This document shows positions 49,301-59,435 of a DNA stretch of 64,000 bases, one piece after another (position 1 is the stretch's first letter; each line of letters opens with the position of its first letter). Both the position numbers and the translations under genes were made by a program. The DNA lies in the NCBI GenBank assembly GCA_036172245.1, contig JAYWIR010000084.1, forward strand, positions 186,001-250,000. Reading direction: 5' to 3'. This stretch comes from Raillietiella orientalis (Eukaryota). A model generated the notes under the pieces. It saw only the letters and a list, made by a program, of their open reading frames with translations, was not told where the DNA came from and searched no databases.

Positions 49301-51490
49301 ACGACAGCCAGGCAACCGCATCTGCGGCTGACAGGGCTAGGCGTCGCTGCATTCGGCCTGGGGAAGCGCCGGGTGCCTTGGCGGTCGCGGTCGATCTCCG
49401 CAAGGCGTTCGATTGCGTAAATCAGGATCTCCTGCTGGAGCTCCTGGAACGCCTCGGTCTCCCGGTGCACCTCGTGGCCTATTTGCGTGCTTGCTGGCGC
49501 CACGCGCTCATTTCCATCTCTTTTAGCGGCTGCCACGTGTACGGCGTGCCGGTGCGGCGGGGCATCAGGCAGGGCGACAGCTTAAGCCTGTTGCTCTTCA
49601 GCATCTTCTTTGAGTTGGTGCTGAGGGCGTAGAGGCTGACGCTGGCCAACCTGCCGAGCTCTTGTCCAGGAACGCCGTCCGTGGCGACCTATGCTGACGA
49701 CCTGCTCCTCCTCTTACCCATGACCACCCCGGCGTCCAGTCTCGAGGATTTCTTCGAGCTGATTCGCCGGAGAGCGGGCATGAGCGTAAACCGGATCAAG
49801 AGCGTGGTCGTACCTATTGGTGCGGCGTGGGAGGGGCATGCCGACTGGATCCGCCTGGCGATCCCGACCGCTTCCTCCATGCAATATCTGGGCGTTCCGC
49901 TGGGGAACATCAGCCCAGTGTAACTGTGGTCGGACTGCCTTCGGAAGGCTTCGAATGCCCTGAGCCCGTTCCACCATAGCAAGTTCGTCCTGCCGGAGCG
50001 GGCCACGATATGGAAAACCTTCGTTGCCCCCCTCTTGCGCCCCTTGCTTTTTGTTTTCCCGCTCCCCTGCTCTGCCAAGCTCCAGGCGCACAGCCTTTTG
50101 AGGAACGCTCTGTGGGGACCTGCGAGGTCCAGGATGCTCCTCAAAGACTTGGCGGCTCCGCGTCGGGATGCTGGTTTAGGCATCCTGACGCTGGAGAGAA
50201 TGGAGCTGCAGGTGCAGCTTCGGATGTTGGCCCTGTGCGCCAACCTTTGGTCCACTCCGTGGTGCGCTCCCGCGCGCCTGCTTCTGCGGCGCTGCACAGG
50301 CAGCAATGGACTTCTGTCGCTGCGGCCGCACACGGAGCGCGCCACGAGAAGCTTCGGTTTTCCCTTGAAACCGCTGTATCGGCTCCTGGAAGCCCAGGTA
50401 TGGATCTCCTGCCGCCCAACGAACTTTGAAGCCTGTCGGCAGGAACCGTTGCATGGCTGGGCAAAGCACCAGGATGTTTCCCTCCTGGAACTCCGTTGCG
50501 ATCACCTCTCCCCGTACTGCACGGTGGATGAGGTGTGCAACAGCCAGGAGAAGTGGACCCGCCTGGCCGTCACCCCCCTTGAAGACGCACTATCAGCCCT
50601 CAGGGCAAGAGATGACAGTTGCGAACCGGCGAGATGGGAGGTCGCCTGCATTATCGCAGGAACAACGCGACCTATTGGCGGCTGGAAGACTTGCGAGCTG
50701 GCGGACGCCGCCACACCTCGCCACGTTCCGAAGGGACTCCTTCGGTGGAGCGAACACTTGAGTGTGCCCCTTGAAGAACTTGTGGTTCCTCCCTCGTGTC
50801 TGAACACTTCTGTGTTCCCCCTTTCGTGGAAGCAGCACGTGATTATGCTGGTGCATTGGGGTTTTCACTCCAACCAGCGCACGAACCTTGTTTCCGGGGG
50901 AGTCGTCTCCCCAAACTGTAAGCGGTGCGGGGAAGTGGAAACGCTCCCGCACCTGCTCCTGGACTGCGGTGCCCTTCTAGGACTCTGGCGTAGGCTGGTC
51001 TCAACTCTTCTGCACCAGGGGGACACCGCGAGGGACTTGATGCGCCGCTTCTTCACGCCAGGCGGCCTGTCATTGGGTGCTGTCGTTGCAACCGTGTGTT
51101 GCACCCGCGCCATCGACAAGGCCCACCGAGAGTTGGAGAAGCTGGCCATCCTTCGTCAGCTCACCGGATTAGCCAGCGCAAACATGTCGTCCGCTGCCCA
51201 GTGGGCCCATCTGCCACAGGGCGTAAGGAGAGAGATTGCCGGCATCCATCGCCGGTTTTGAAAGGAAGGAACGGACTTACCAAAGACCCCTGTCCCCTGC
51301 CCTCCATATTTTTCTTTTATTTTTTTATATAGTAGTGTGTTTGTGGTTCCTTCCCTCCCGTTCCGGACTTTCGGCATACCGACCTGAATGTCGGGGATCC
51401 CACCATCTTCGTCTCTTGTTTTCCCCTTTGTCCGGGAACCCTGTTCCCGGATAGTTTATAATAAACGCCCCGGCGCACCCGGGTGACAAA
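46333..51490 (+). mobile_element. LINE copy E18, 5'-truncated within ORF1 and otherwise the best-preserved copy
   Basis: ORF1 is open to 47692 (CGNCGKESHRPRKC, CRYCKLLGHSINEC). ORF2 is full length, and the 3' UTR and terminus are complete. Confidence 0.95.
47698..51261 (+). pseudogene. ORF2: APE endonuclease, reverse transcriptase and C-terminal CCHC finger (~1187 codons, two nonsense codons)
   Basis: The ORFs at 47683, 49681 and 50035 share one frame and are interrupted only by TAG (49630-49632) and TAA (49921-49923). Contains TYADD and CKRCGEVETLPHLLLDC. Confidence 0.93.
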
Positions 51491-53540
51491 CAACCGCCCT
51501 CCCGCGATCGTTTCGATCTCCTGAGCGTCTTTTGCTGTGATCACGTGGATCTCCTGCAAAAGCACCAGGTCGAAATCTCGCAAGGTGGCGGCTGTATCTC
51601 GTCTGTCTTCGTTGTCGCGCAGCCCGTTGACATTCCAACTGGCCGCGCGGATCTGACGGCGACAGGCGACTCCAGGTGTTATTCCTGGGAACCTGGCGGT
51701 GGTGCTCCCGCCACCTTTTGGGGCGGGTCGCTGGACGGGGTTGGCGTCTTGCCCACCAACTCCCCATCCTTCTTACGTGCCGACGTCTCCGGCTGCCCGT
51801 GCGAAGGGGGTGTTGCTCGTACCTGTTGGCCCACATCCATTGGTGCGGGTGGTTCAGGTTCGGCGGTTTCAGGGGGCATTGCTGACCCCTGGTTACCCTC
51901 CTCCATTGGAGTCGCCTCCTCGTCGGCTTTCGCACGTGGGTGATGCCCGACTTGGGCTCCCAGGCTGCCATCCACTGGTTCCTCCTCCATTGGATCCCCC
52001 TCGCGCGGAGGCGGAATGCACCTTCGGGGTTTCTGGGATTTTCGCCCCGCTTTCCTTGGTGGTGCTTCCGCAGAGGATGCACTTCCCGCCTTTCGGTCCT
52101 ACTCACCTGCGGGGGTTATTTTAGCTGCTGCCGGCCTACGCAATCCCTTTCGCGAAGGGTTCTCGCGTTCGGCAAGCGTTGCCGCAAGCTTCTCGGCGGC
52201 CTTCACGAATGCTGCGTCCTTGGTTTCGGCGATTTTGTCGTCCGGCTGACCCTCTTTGCAAGCAAGGGGTGGGTTTTCGCGCGCATTCGTCGCGGCGGGG
52301 AAATCGATCGAAGCCGTATCGCCTGCGGTGGTGTCGGCGGGAACGTCAATGCGCTCCAGCGTAACCGTGCATTCTCGGAGAGTTTTTACGCGCGACACGG
52401 ATTGAGCTTTCGTTCCGGCCGCCACCTTCTCTCCTTTCTTCGGGACATGCTTGTCCTTTTTCTCTTTTTCGGCTTTGACTAGCTGCCAGCCCTGTTCTCC
52501 CTCTGCGGTTTCGGGAAGATTTTTCTCCGATGCCGCGGTTGGAGCTTGGGTTATTGGCAGCTTTTCTCGGCCAGTTTCACGGTTTTCCAATTTTTCTTTC
52601 CCCGCGCGTTTCCCTTGCGCCTTTTTGGCGGCCGAGGAAATTGGGGTGGGGCGTTTAGGGCACACGCGACGGACGTGTCCCTTCTCCCCGCACAAGTAGC
52701 ATACGATGTTTGGGCACATCTTTCGGATGTGTCCGACCGCATCGCAGTAGCCGCAATACCGTGGCTTGCCCGCATACCAGAGGTCTACCGGTTCTCCCGC
52801 GACCTCAAGTTTGTCGGGAGCTTCGCTTCGTTTTTTGGGGTTACGCGTGCCTCGGCGAGGCCCCCGAAGTGGCTTCCGTAGCCCTTAAAGATTGTGGGTT
52901 CCGGCCACAGCGCGTGTACGTCTCCGTACTTACTTAATTGTTCTTTGAAGGCAGTGTGCGTCATGCGCTTAGATATTCCTGTCAAGTGTACCACTACCGA
53001 GTGGTCCATTGACACCGGGAAGATCTTACGGCCGTCCATGATCAGCGGGGTATTTATAAGGCGATCGGCTAGGCTGATGCTCTTGCACACCACTCAACCC
53101 GCTGCTCCCCGCTGAGCACGCACAGACCTTCCAGATCTTCCTCACGGACATTAGCATTTTGAAACGCTCTGCTGAAAGAGCGCGCCGTGTTTCCCTCAAA
53201 CAAAGGTCCTACCTTGTATACAAGCGATAGCTTGTATTGAGAGGCCCTATAGGCGGCTTCCTCGGCCATGGCCTTTGCATCGGGGGCGGCGACCATTTCA
53301 CTCCAAGTCTTCGCCGGCTGCAAAGATGTTCCAGGGACTATTGCCCCCATAGCTGTAGGTCTTGTGGGAGGACTTGCCTCCCCCACAACTACATCCATCG
53401 CGGTTTCCTCTGGCACGGCTGCCATCGGACACCGACAACCCACACTTTTCACCTGACTACACTAAAAACTCCGGTTGCTTCCCAGACAAGCGCTATCGGA
53501 GCGACCACAAAACACGTCCACCCACACCGGCTTTCGGCGA
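51491..53540 (-). mobile_element. LINE copy E19: 5' UTR, frameshifted ORF1 and start of EN (E7 subfamily)
   Basis: 5' motif at 53509-53519, ATG at 53425, CYLCGEKGHVRRVC, ORF1 stop at 51679-51681, then SWNVNGL..LLQEIH. Confidence 0.9.
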
Positions 53541-54540
53541 TGCCACCCGGATACGCCGGGACGTTTATTAAAAACATTTCAACAGTCAATACAGAACGTG
53601 TTACAAGGCCCCACTGACGGCCACGCAATACCGGAACTGCCGGGACACCGGGATGCAGCCCGGTGTGGCTGTCCTCGGCAGTGGAGGGGGATGGGGCAGA
53701 AAACAAAAATAAAATATAAGAGAAAAACAAACCACAAAAAAAGTTTGGAGGGCCGGGAAGGGATCACAGAAAACTGCTGGGAGGGCCCATCCTTTGCAGG
53801 ATGCCTTCTAGTTCCATTTTCAGAATTCCTAGATGGGGCCATCGGTAGCTCTCTGCAGGAAGCGAGAAGCATACTCGATGAGGTCCCTCACGATGCAGTC
53901 TTCATCTTCGGCATCACTCCAGGCCGCCACGATACCACGAATGCAGCAAAGTGCTGCCAGGGCTGCGGCTGGACTGAGGACGTCCCGCACGAAGACAAGA
54001 CTGTACACGTCTCTGGGGTTGCTACCATCGGGTATCCCAAGGGCCGTTCTGAGAAGATCCCAAAGAATCCGCACAGCAGGGCAATCAACTAAGAGGTGGG
54101 GGAGCGACTCTTGCTCTTCACAACTGGCACAGGCAGGATTTACTCTTCTTCGCGTTTAGTGGAAGCGGTGCGCGTTGCAGGGTAGACCCCTATGCAGCCA
54201 CAGAAGCGCCAATTCTTGCCACTTCAGGGGAAGAATCCTGGATCCAAGTAAAACCGGTGCCATTTCAGGTTATTCAATCGAATGCCGAGCAGCTCGCCCC
54301 ATCTTCTTAATCCACGCGGCTGGAGACTAGGGGTCATAGCGTCTGTCAACTCTCCCATGGCACAGACGCTCGTCATCTTCTCTCTGCCTGTGATACGGCA
54401 GCAGACTTGCCACATCGGCTTTCGTCTTTCGTGGAGAGCCCTTTGGAAGAAGGGCATCGCCTTAGCAAGGGGTGTCCCTTCTGCCCACGTGCAACTCGGT
54501 GGAAATTCAAGAATTTCACGCAGAGTTCGGCGGGCGTAAG
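53541..54540 (-). mobile_element. LINE 3' fragment E20 with complete 3' UTR (E11 subfamily)
   Basis: Closely parallels 28320-29170. Terminus AATAAACGTCCCGGCGTATCCGGGTGG. Confidence 0.9.
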
Positions 54541-54569
54541 AGCTGTTCATAGGCATTCTTTGGTTCCAG

Positions 54570-57020
54570 ACAGAGCAAGCCATCCTTAAGTTTTTGTGTG
54601 TGTGGAATTGCAGCCGTTGGAAGGCAGAATTGCCTGAAGTCGCCGCAACACTTTCGACGGGAAGCGTGTGACCCACGTCTCTCCAACCCATAATGGTGGG
54701 GTCATGCCCCAACAAAAAATCGGGCCCCACCGCCTCGTGAGGGCTTGGAACAAGGTGGCTGTTTCGGGTCCACCCGACGTGGTCGCAGAAGTTGAAGCCT
54801 AAATGAAGGAGGGCTACAAAGCTGCCCTCCTTTATAAGGTAGGAAATCTCCAATCTCCGCTAACTACGCGGAAATTTGGAAACGACATCCGTAGGATGGG
54901 AATAACAGACAAGAATAACAGATGGGAATAACATTCTGCGCTTCCCGGTACACAGCATCAGGCAGTTCGCGGAGCTCATCTGCAGAAATGGGGCGCTCAC
55001 GCACAAACTCCTCTGCACTCCCGTAACTTCTGAAGGACGGAATTTAATTCCACACACGGTGGATCACTCGATAGAAGTCCACCTAACAGGTACCACTGCA
55101 CGAATGAGGCAGGAAGCCATCCGCACAGAAATCGACAAATTCGCGGAGATATACGCGATGTGGAAGGAGCCCAACTTTTGTTCTTATCGAGATAGGGTGC
55201 GGGAGTCCCCTTCACCTTATAGTTGACTGCCTTGCTCTCCGGATTCTGTGGGATCGTCTCGAAACGGCTTTCGCAGCACTCACTCTCGGGCCCCTGCTTT
55301 TAGTGTGCCCAACTTCTTCCCACACGAATCCTCTCCGACAGGGCAACCGCCTGCTATGGATTGACCTCAATCCTAATAGCCAACGACCGTAATCTGAACC
55401 ATTGTGGAATTCAGCTACGGGACTTTATTGCTCTGTTGAGGGACAGACCGTGGATCTCCTGCAACCCGTGTACTGGACTACCTGGTTTTAGGATTCCGTT
55501 TCTGCATGGGCAAAAATCAACGGCTCCAGCGATGTAGACTTCTCCTTCCTCCGTCGAGGCAGGTTTGCTGGCCACTCACTGCAGATCATTTCCAACCTAC
55601 GGAACCTGCTGTGGGCTAACTTTACCCCCTTGTCTCCGTGATGCCCTTCCTCAGAGAAACAAGGGATAGACAAGAGAAGCCATCGTGGGAAAAGTCCTGC
55701 CTCCTCGGAGGATGGAAAAAACCTATAAAGGCGTGGAGGTACCGGGAACTAGCGCACGCTGCAACACGGAGTGTCCCGCTTAATGGAATTGTGCACTCAA
55801 TCGAGCTGCTCGACATGCCTTCGGAGGAAGTGAAGTGGCCCCCAGCATCTTGGGACAACGGCACCCTCCTTCTGCAGCGGCAGGAGACGGCGTAGCTTCT
55901 GCTCCATTGGGGACTTGTTTGCAGAGCACGCCTCGTACACTCTACCTTAATAAGTTCGAATGCCCACTGTGCTCTGTAGGGAAAGGGATACCTTCCCCTG
56001 CCTAATTATAGTATGTGTGGTCCTCCGCTAGATGTGGGACCGACTTTCGTCGATTCCAAACATTCCCGTGGGCAATCGGAAAAACATTTTTCGGTGCCTA
56101 CTGATGCGGGACGCCATGCCGTCCGCAGCGTGTGTCCCAGTACTCTGTTGCATGTGCGAAATTTCGGATAAGTGGACTGCAACCAGGGGAATACGCTGAA
56201 GTCGGAATGCCATTCACTGGCAACCATCTCTTCGGAGAAGGCTTCCCGTTGGCGCCGACTAAGAAAACTTCTGCCGACACTTGTTCGCATCCAAAATCGA
56301 ATACAGAGTTCTCTCCAGGGCGTACCGCGTTCCCTCCCCTTCTCTTCTCCCCCAGAAAACATTGTACCACCAAGCTATTTTTCTCGTTTTGATTTGTTTT
56401 CTGTTTTTACGGCCCCTGGTCCCGTGAAAAGTACTTTACCGGTCTGCGGCTCAATAAGGACAAGTGCCCCGAGACAGAGAACATATGTTCTGACTGAAAA
56501 ATAAAAGTGATCATGACACAAGAAGACTTTATTATAAAAAATTTCTCCTTGTAAATATTTTAATAATAAAAGTCCCGGCTTACCCGGGAAAAAAACCTGG
56601 TTGCAGTTGAATCCATGGACAAGGCTGCAGGGTGGTCTCGCCTTCGTTACGTACTCAAAGCTGACATCGCCGTCATCCTGCGCCCATTTATAGTCTCTGA
56701 AAAAGGGCGTACTTCGGTGCCATCTGTGAGGTCTCATCCACTCCCTATCGCAATCCCGTTCTTTCTTTTGAGTTCACAATGCTGTTACCTATATTCTTGT
56801 GCCTTGCTGAGCAATCTCAAGGACCGTTTTTCAAGCTTCCCCGATTCATTGTTTTCCTTTTGCTTTTGTTTGTTTGTTTTCTCCGACCCACACGTATCTG
56901 AAAAATTCTCTTGATTCCTCCGGAGTCGTCGGTAGGCGCTAGATTCCCAACTGGTTTACTTGATATAATTTTTTCCTTCTCATTACATAAAGTAAACGCC
57001 CCGCCGTGAGCGGGTGAGAA
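54570..57020 (+). mobile_element. Mosaic of decayed plus-strand LINE pieces (ORF1 start 54570-55190; C-terminal pieces; 3' termini near 56595 and 57020)
   Basis: Resembles 27228-27830, then HLIVDCLAL and EEVKWPPASW, with two terminal motifs. Confidence 0.8.
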
Positions 57021-58230
57021 ATCTCATGGACTTCGGTTGCGGTGATCACGTGGATCTTCTGCACGAATGCAAGTTCTAATTTTTGCAGGCTTTGGGCAGT
57101 ATCTCGTCTGTTGGCATCGTTGTGCAGCCTGTTAACGTTCCAGGAGGCCACACGGATCCCATAGCGATAGGTGTGTTCACTTGTTATGCCTGGGAACATG
57201 GCGGAGCGGCTATCGCCACCTGTTGGAGAGGGACGCTAGACTGGGTGGCGTTTGGCGTTCCTGCTTTCCCTCCTCCATACGCGGGACGCAGTTGGCACCT
57301 TCTTTGCGGCAGCTTTCTCCGCACGCTGTTTTTCAGGTTGTGTGGCGCGCTTTTTCTCGTGCTTTGCGGACGCGATGCGAAGTATTGCGTTTGCGGATTC
57401 CCTACGGTTGTGGTCATTGCGCTGCATGGTTTGCACTGAACGCTCAGGTGCACCTTCTTGAGGTGGCGCGATGGATTGCAGAATTTACTGTATTTAGGCT
57501 TTTTGACATGCGAAAGTTCGACATTTCCACCAGCGACCGCTATTTTGTGGAAAACTTGCTGCTTTCCCGGGCAGAGATTCGCGCGCATGCAAGGTCCCGT
57601 TGTAGTTTCGCATGCTTCACAAACGAAGAAGGCTAGAAGTACTGCGCATGAACCGCGCCGCGCTGTTTGAATACGGCGCGAAGTTCTGCCCTCTCTATAC
57701 GCGCTGTGACACCTAATAGCGGACCACAATGCTGTGGTGCACCGTAATAGGAAGAAGACTGCGCTTTCCCATGGTAACGGGGGTTTTCAGCATCCGCTGA
57801 GCTAAATCTGTCTCTTTGCAGTATACTTCCACCAATTTTCACCCTTCGCATGCTCATCGCGCCCAGTTGTTCCTCCGGCACGTTGATAGCAAGCAAAGGC
57901 TTCGAAAAGGTGTAAGCACGCTGCGGAAAAAACAAGTTGCCCATCTTGTAGAGCAACATGTGGTTGAGCTGCCATTCACTTACGCAATGAATTTTGACGC
58001 GACTGCAGGTATAGTCGCCGCACCACGTCTCTCGAAGCTCGGGATGCCGCGGGGACCGATTCGGTAGGCGGCTGTTGCCACCTCCATCGCCTCTGACGAC
58101 CACGTCGCAGCCTGGCACTCACTGATGGTCCCGTCAGGAGTTCCTGCCTCATCCACAGTCCAACTGAACTCAACGCACTGAAGAAAAGGATCACTGCACC
58201 GCGACGGACCAAGAAAACACGTCTATTCTG
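57021..58230 (-). mobile_element. Decayed LINE 5' part (deleted ORF1, start of EN; E16-like)
   Basis: 5' motif at 58214-58224, LLYKMGNLF, KPKYSKFCNPSRHLKK and IRVASWNVN. Confidence 0.8.
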
Positions 58231-58231
58231 C

Positions 58232-59435
58232 GAAACCAAAGCGTTCGACTGCATCAAAGAGGAGTACCTCCTGAAGCATTCTGGACTCTCGAGATTCGAG
58301 ACGGTCTTCCTGTCTTCTCTGCGCTCTAGTTGGCAATTCGCGATAGTAAACATTTTTTTTAGCGGCACGCGCGTGTACGGTGTGCGGGTTCCTCGTGGCA
58401 AAGTGATACACCGAGTGAGCAGGAGGAATAAGTAGGATGCCCTTCACGTCACCCGCTTCCTGCAGATATCGTCGAGGTAGCTCTGCCTAGAAAGGGACGT
58501 GACGGAGCTCTCCGACATCCTGCAACTAAAGCAAAAGCCTCACCCACTACGAGATGTGATCCCTTTCCGTCCCACAAGCTAATCTCGTTTTGGTCAACTT
58601 TTATTTTTATTATTTCCTTTTTTATCTGATTTTGTTTTATCCATCTTCTTCTTCTTAGGCTCGATAAGCCTCGCTGGCTCTCACTTATTTCCACTGTGAT
58701 AATCAGGATCATCTAGCCATCTGGCTTCACTGATAACTCTAAGAGATATAATTGCCTAGGTGCACCCAAGTGCGAAACCATACTCAGGATAAAGAGACCT
58801 TAAATAATTTTATTGCTTTACATCTATCTTCTGCATGAACAGCAGAACTTTCTACAACAGAATTTCGGGGAGTTGCGTCCCCGAACTGTGTTAAATGCGG
58901 AGCGGTGGAATCGCTTCCGCATTTGCTGTTTGAGTGCGGTGCCCTCCACGAGCTGTGGCAGCGGCTGTCTTCAGCGCTCCTGCACCCTGGACACACCGCA
59001 CTGGATTGGATGCGCCGTTTCTACACGCGTGCCGGACTTTCTCTTGGAGCGGTCGTCGCAATCATCTGCTGCGTCCGCGCCATTGTCAGGGCCCGCCACG
59101 TATTGCAGATGCGAGCAGTCCCAACATCGGTCCCCGACACCGCAGCCTGCAACCTGCAAATGGCTGCCGGGTGGCCACATCTTGGAGCAGAAGTGAGGAC
59201 GGAGATCGGCGGCATTCACCGCCGGTTCTGAGAATAGGAACGGTTAGACTGTATACCCCTGTCCCCGCCCTCCCAACCGATTTATTTATTTATTGTCCCA
59301 CCCCCTCCCGTTCCGAACTCTCAGTGTGCCCGGACTGCGTTCCGGGAAATCTACTCCCCATCTTCTGTTCCCCTTGCCTGGGAACACAGTTCCCAGTTGA
59401 TATTGTAATAAACGTGCCGGCGCAACCGGGTAATA
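58232..59435 (+). mobile_element. Decayed RT piece and two LINE 3' ends (near 58775 and 59435)
   Basis: KAFDCI..FSGTRVYGV, TGATCCCTTTCC and NCVKCGAVESLPHLLFEC..GIHRRF*. Terminus AATAAACGTGCCGGCGCAACCGGGT. Confidence 0.82.

Larger units (their letters stand above)
5740..59435. mobile_element. ~54-kb cluster of nested or abutting L1/Tx1-clade non-LTR retrotransposons (one family, several subfamilies)
   Basis: APE motifs recur (WNVNGL, LQEIH, NVYAP, GDFN, DHVF, SDH), as do RT motifs (WRPIT, DLRKAFD, RQGDSLSPLLF, YADD, KYLGVP), the C-terminal CxxC..HLLxxC finger and ORF1 CCHC knuckles, on both strands. None of these occurs outside the interval. Confidence 0.95.

Noticed and set aside
47698..51261. 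Prokaryotic RT system (group II intron, retron, DGR)
   Set aside because: The RT is fused to an APE endonuclease and a CCHC tail and is preceded by a gag-like ORF1, which is non-LTR retrotransposon architecture.
9180..59435. Recurrent CCCGG..CCGGG motif as CRISPR repeats, attC sites or TIRs
   Set aside because: Spacing is irregular, the motif sits at LINE 3' ends after AATAAA, there is no cas or integrase gene, and the context is eukaryotic.
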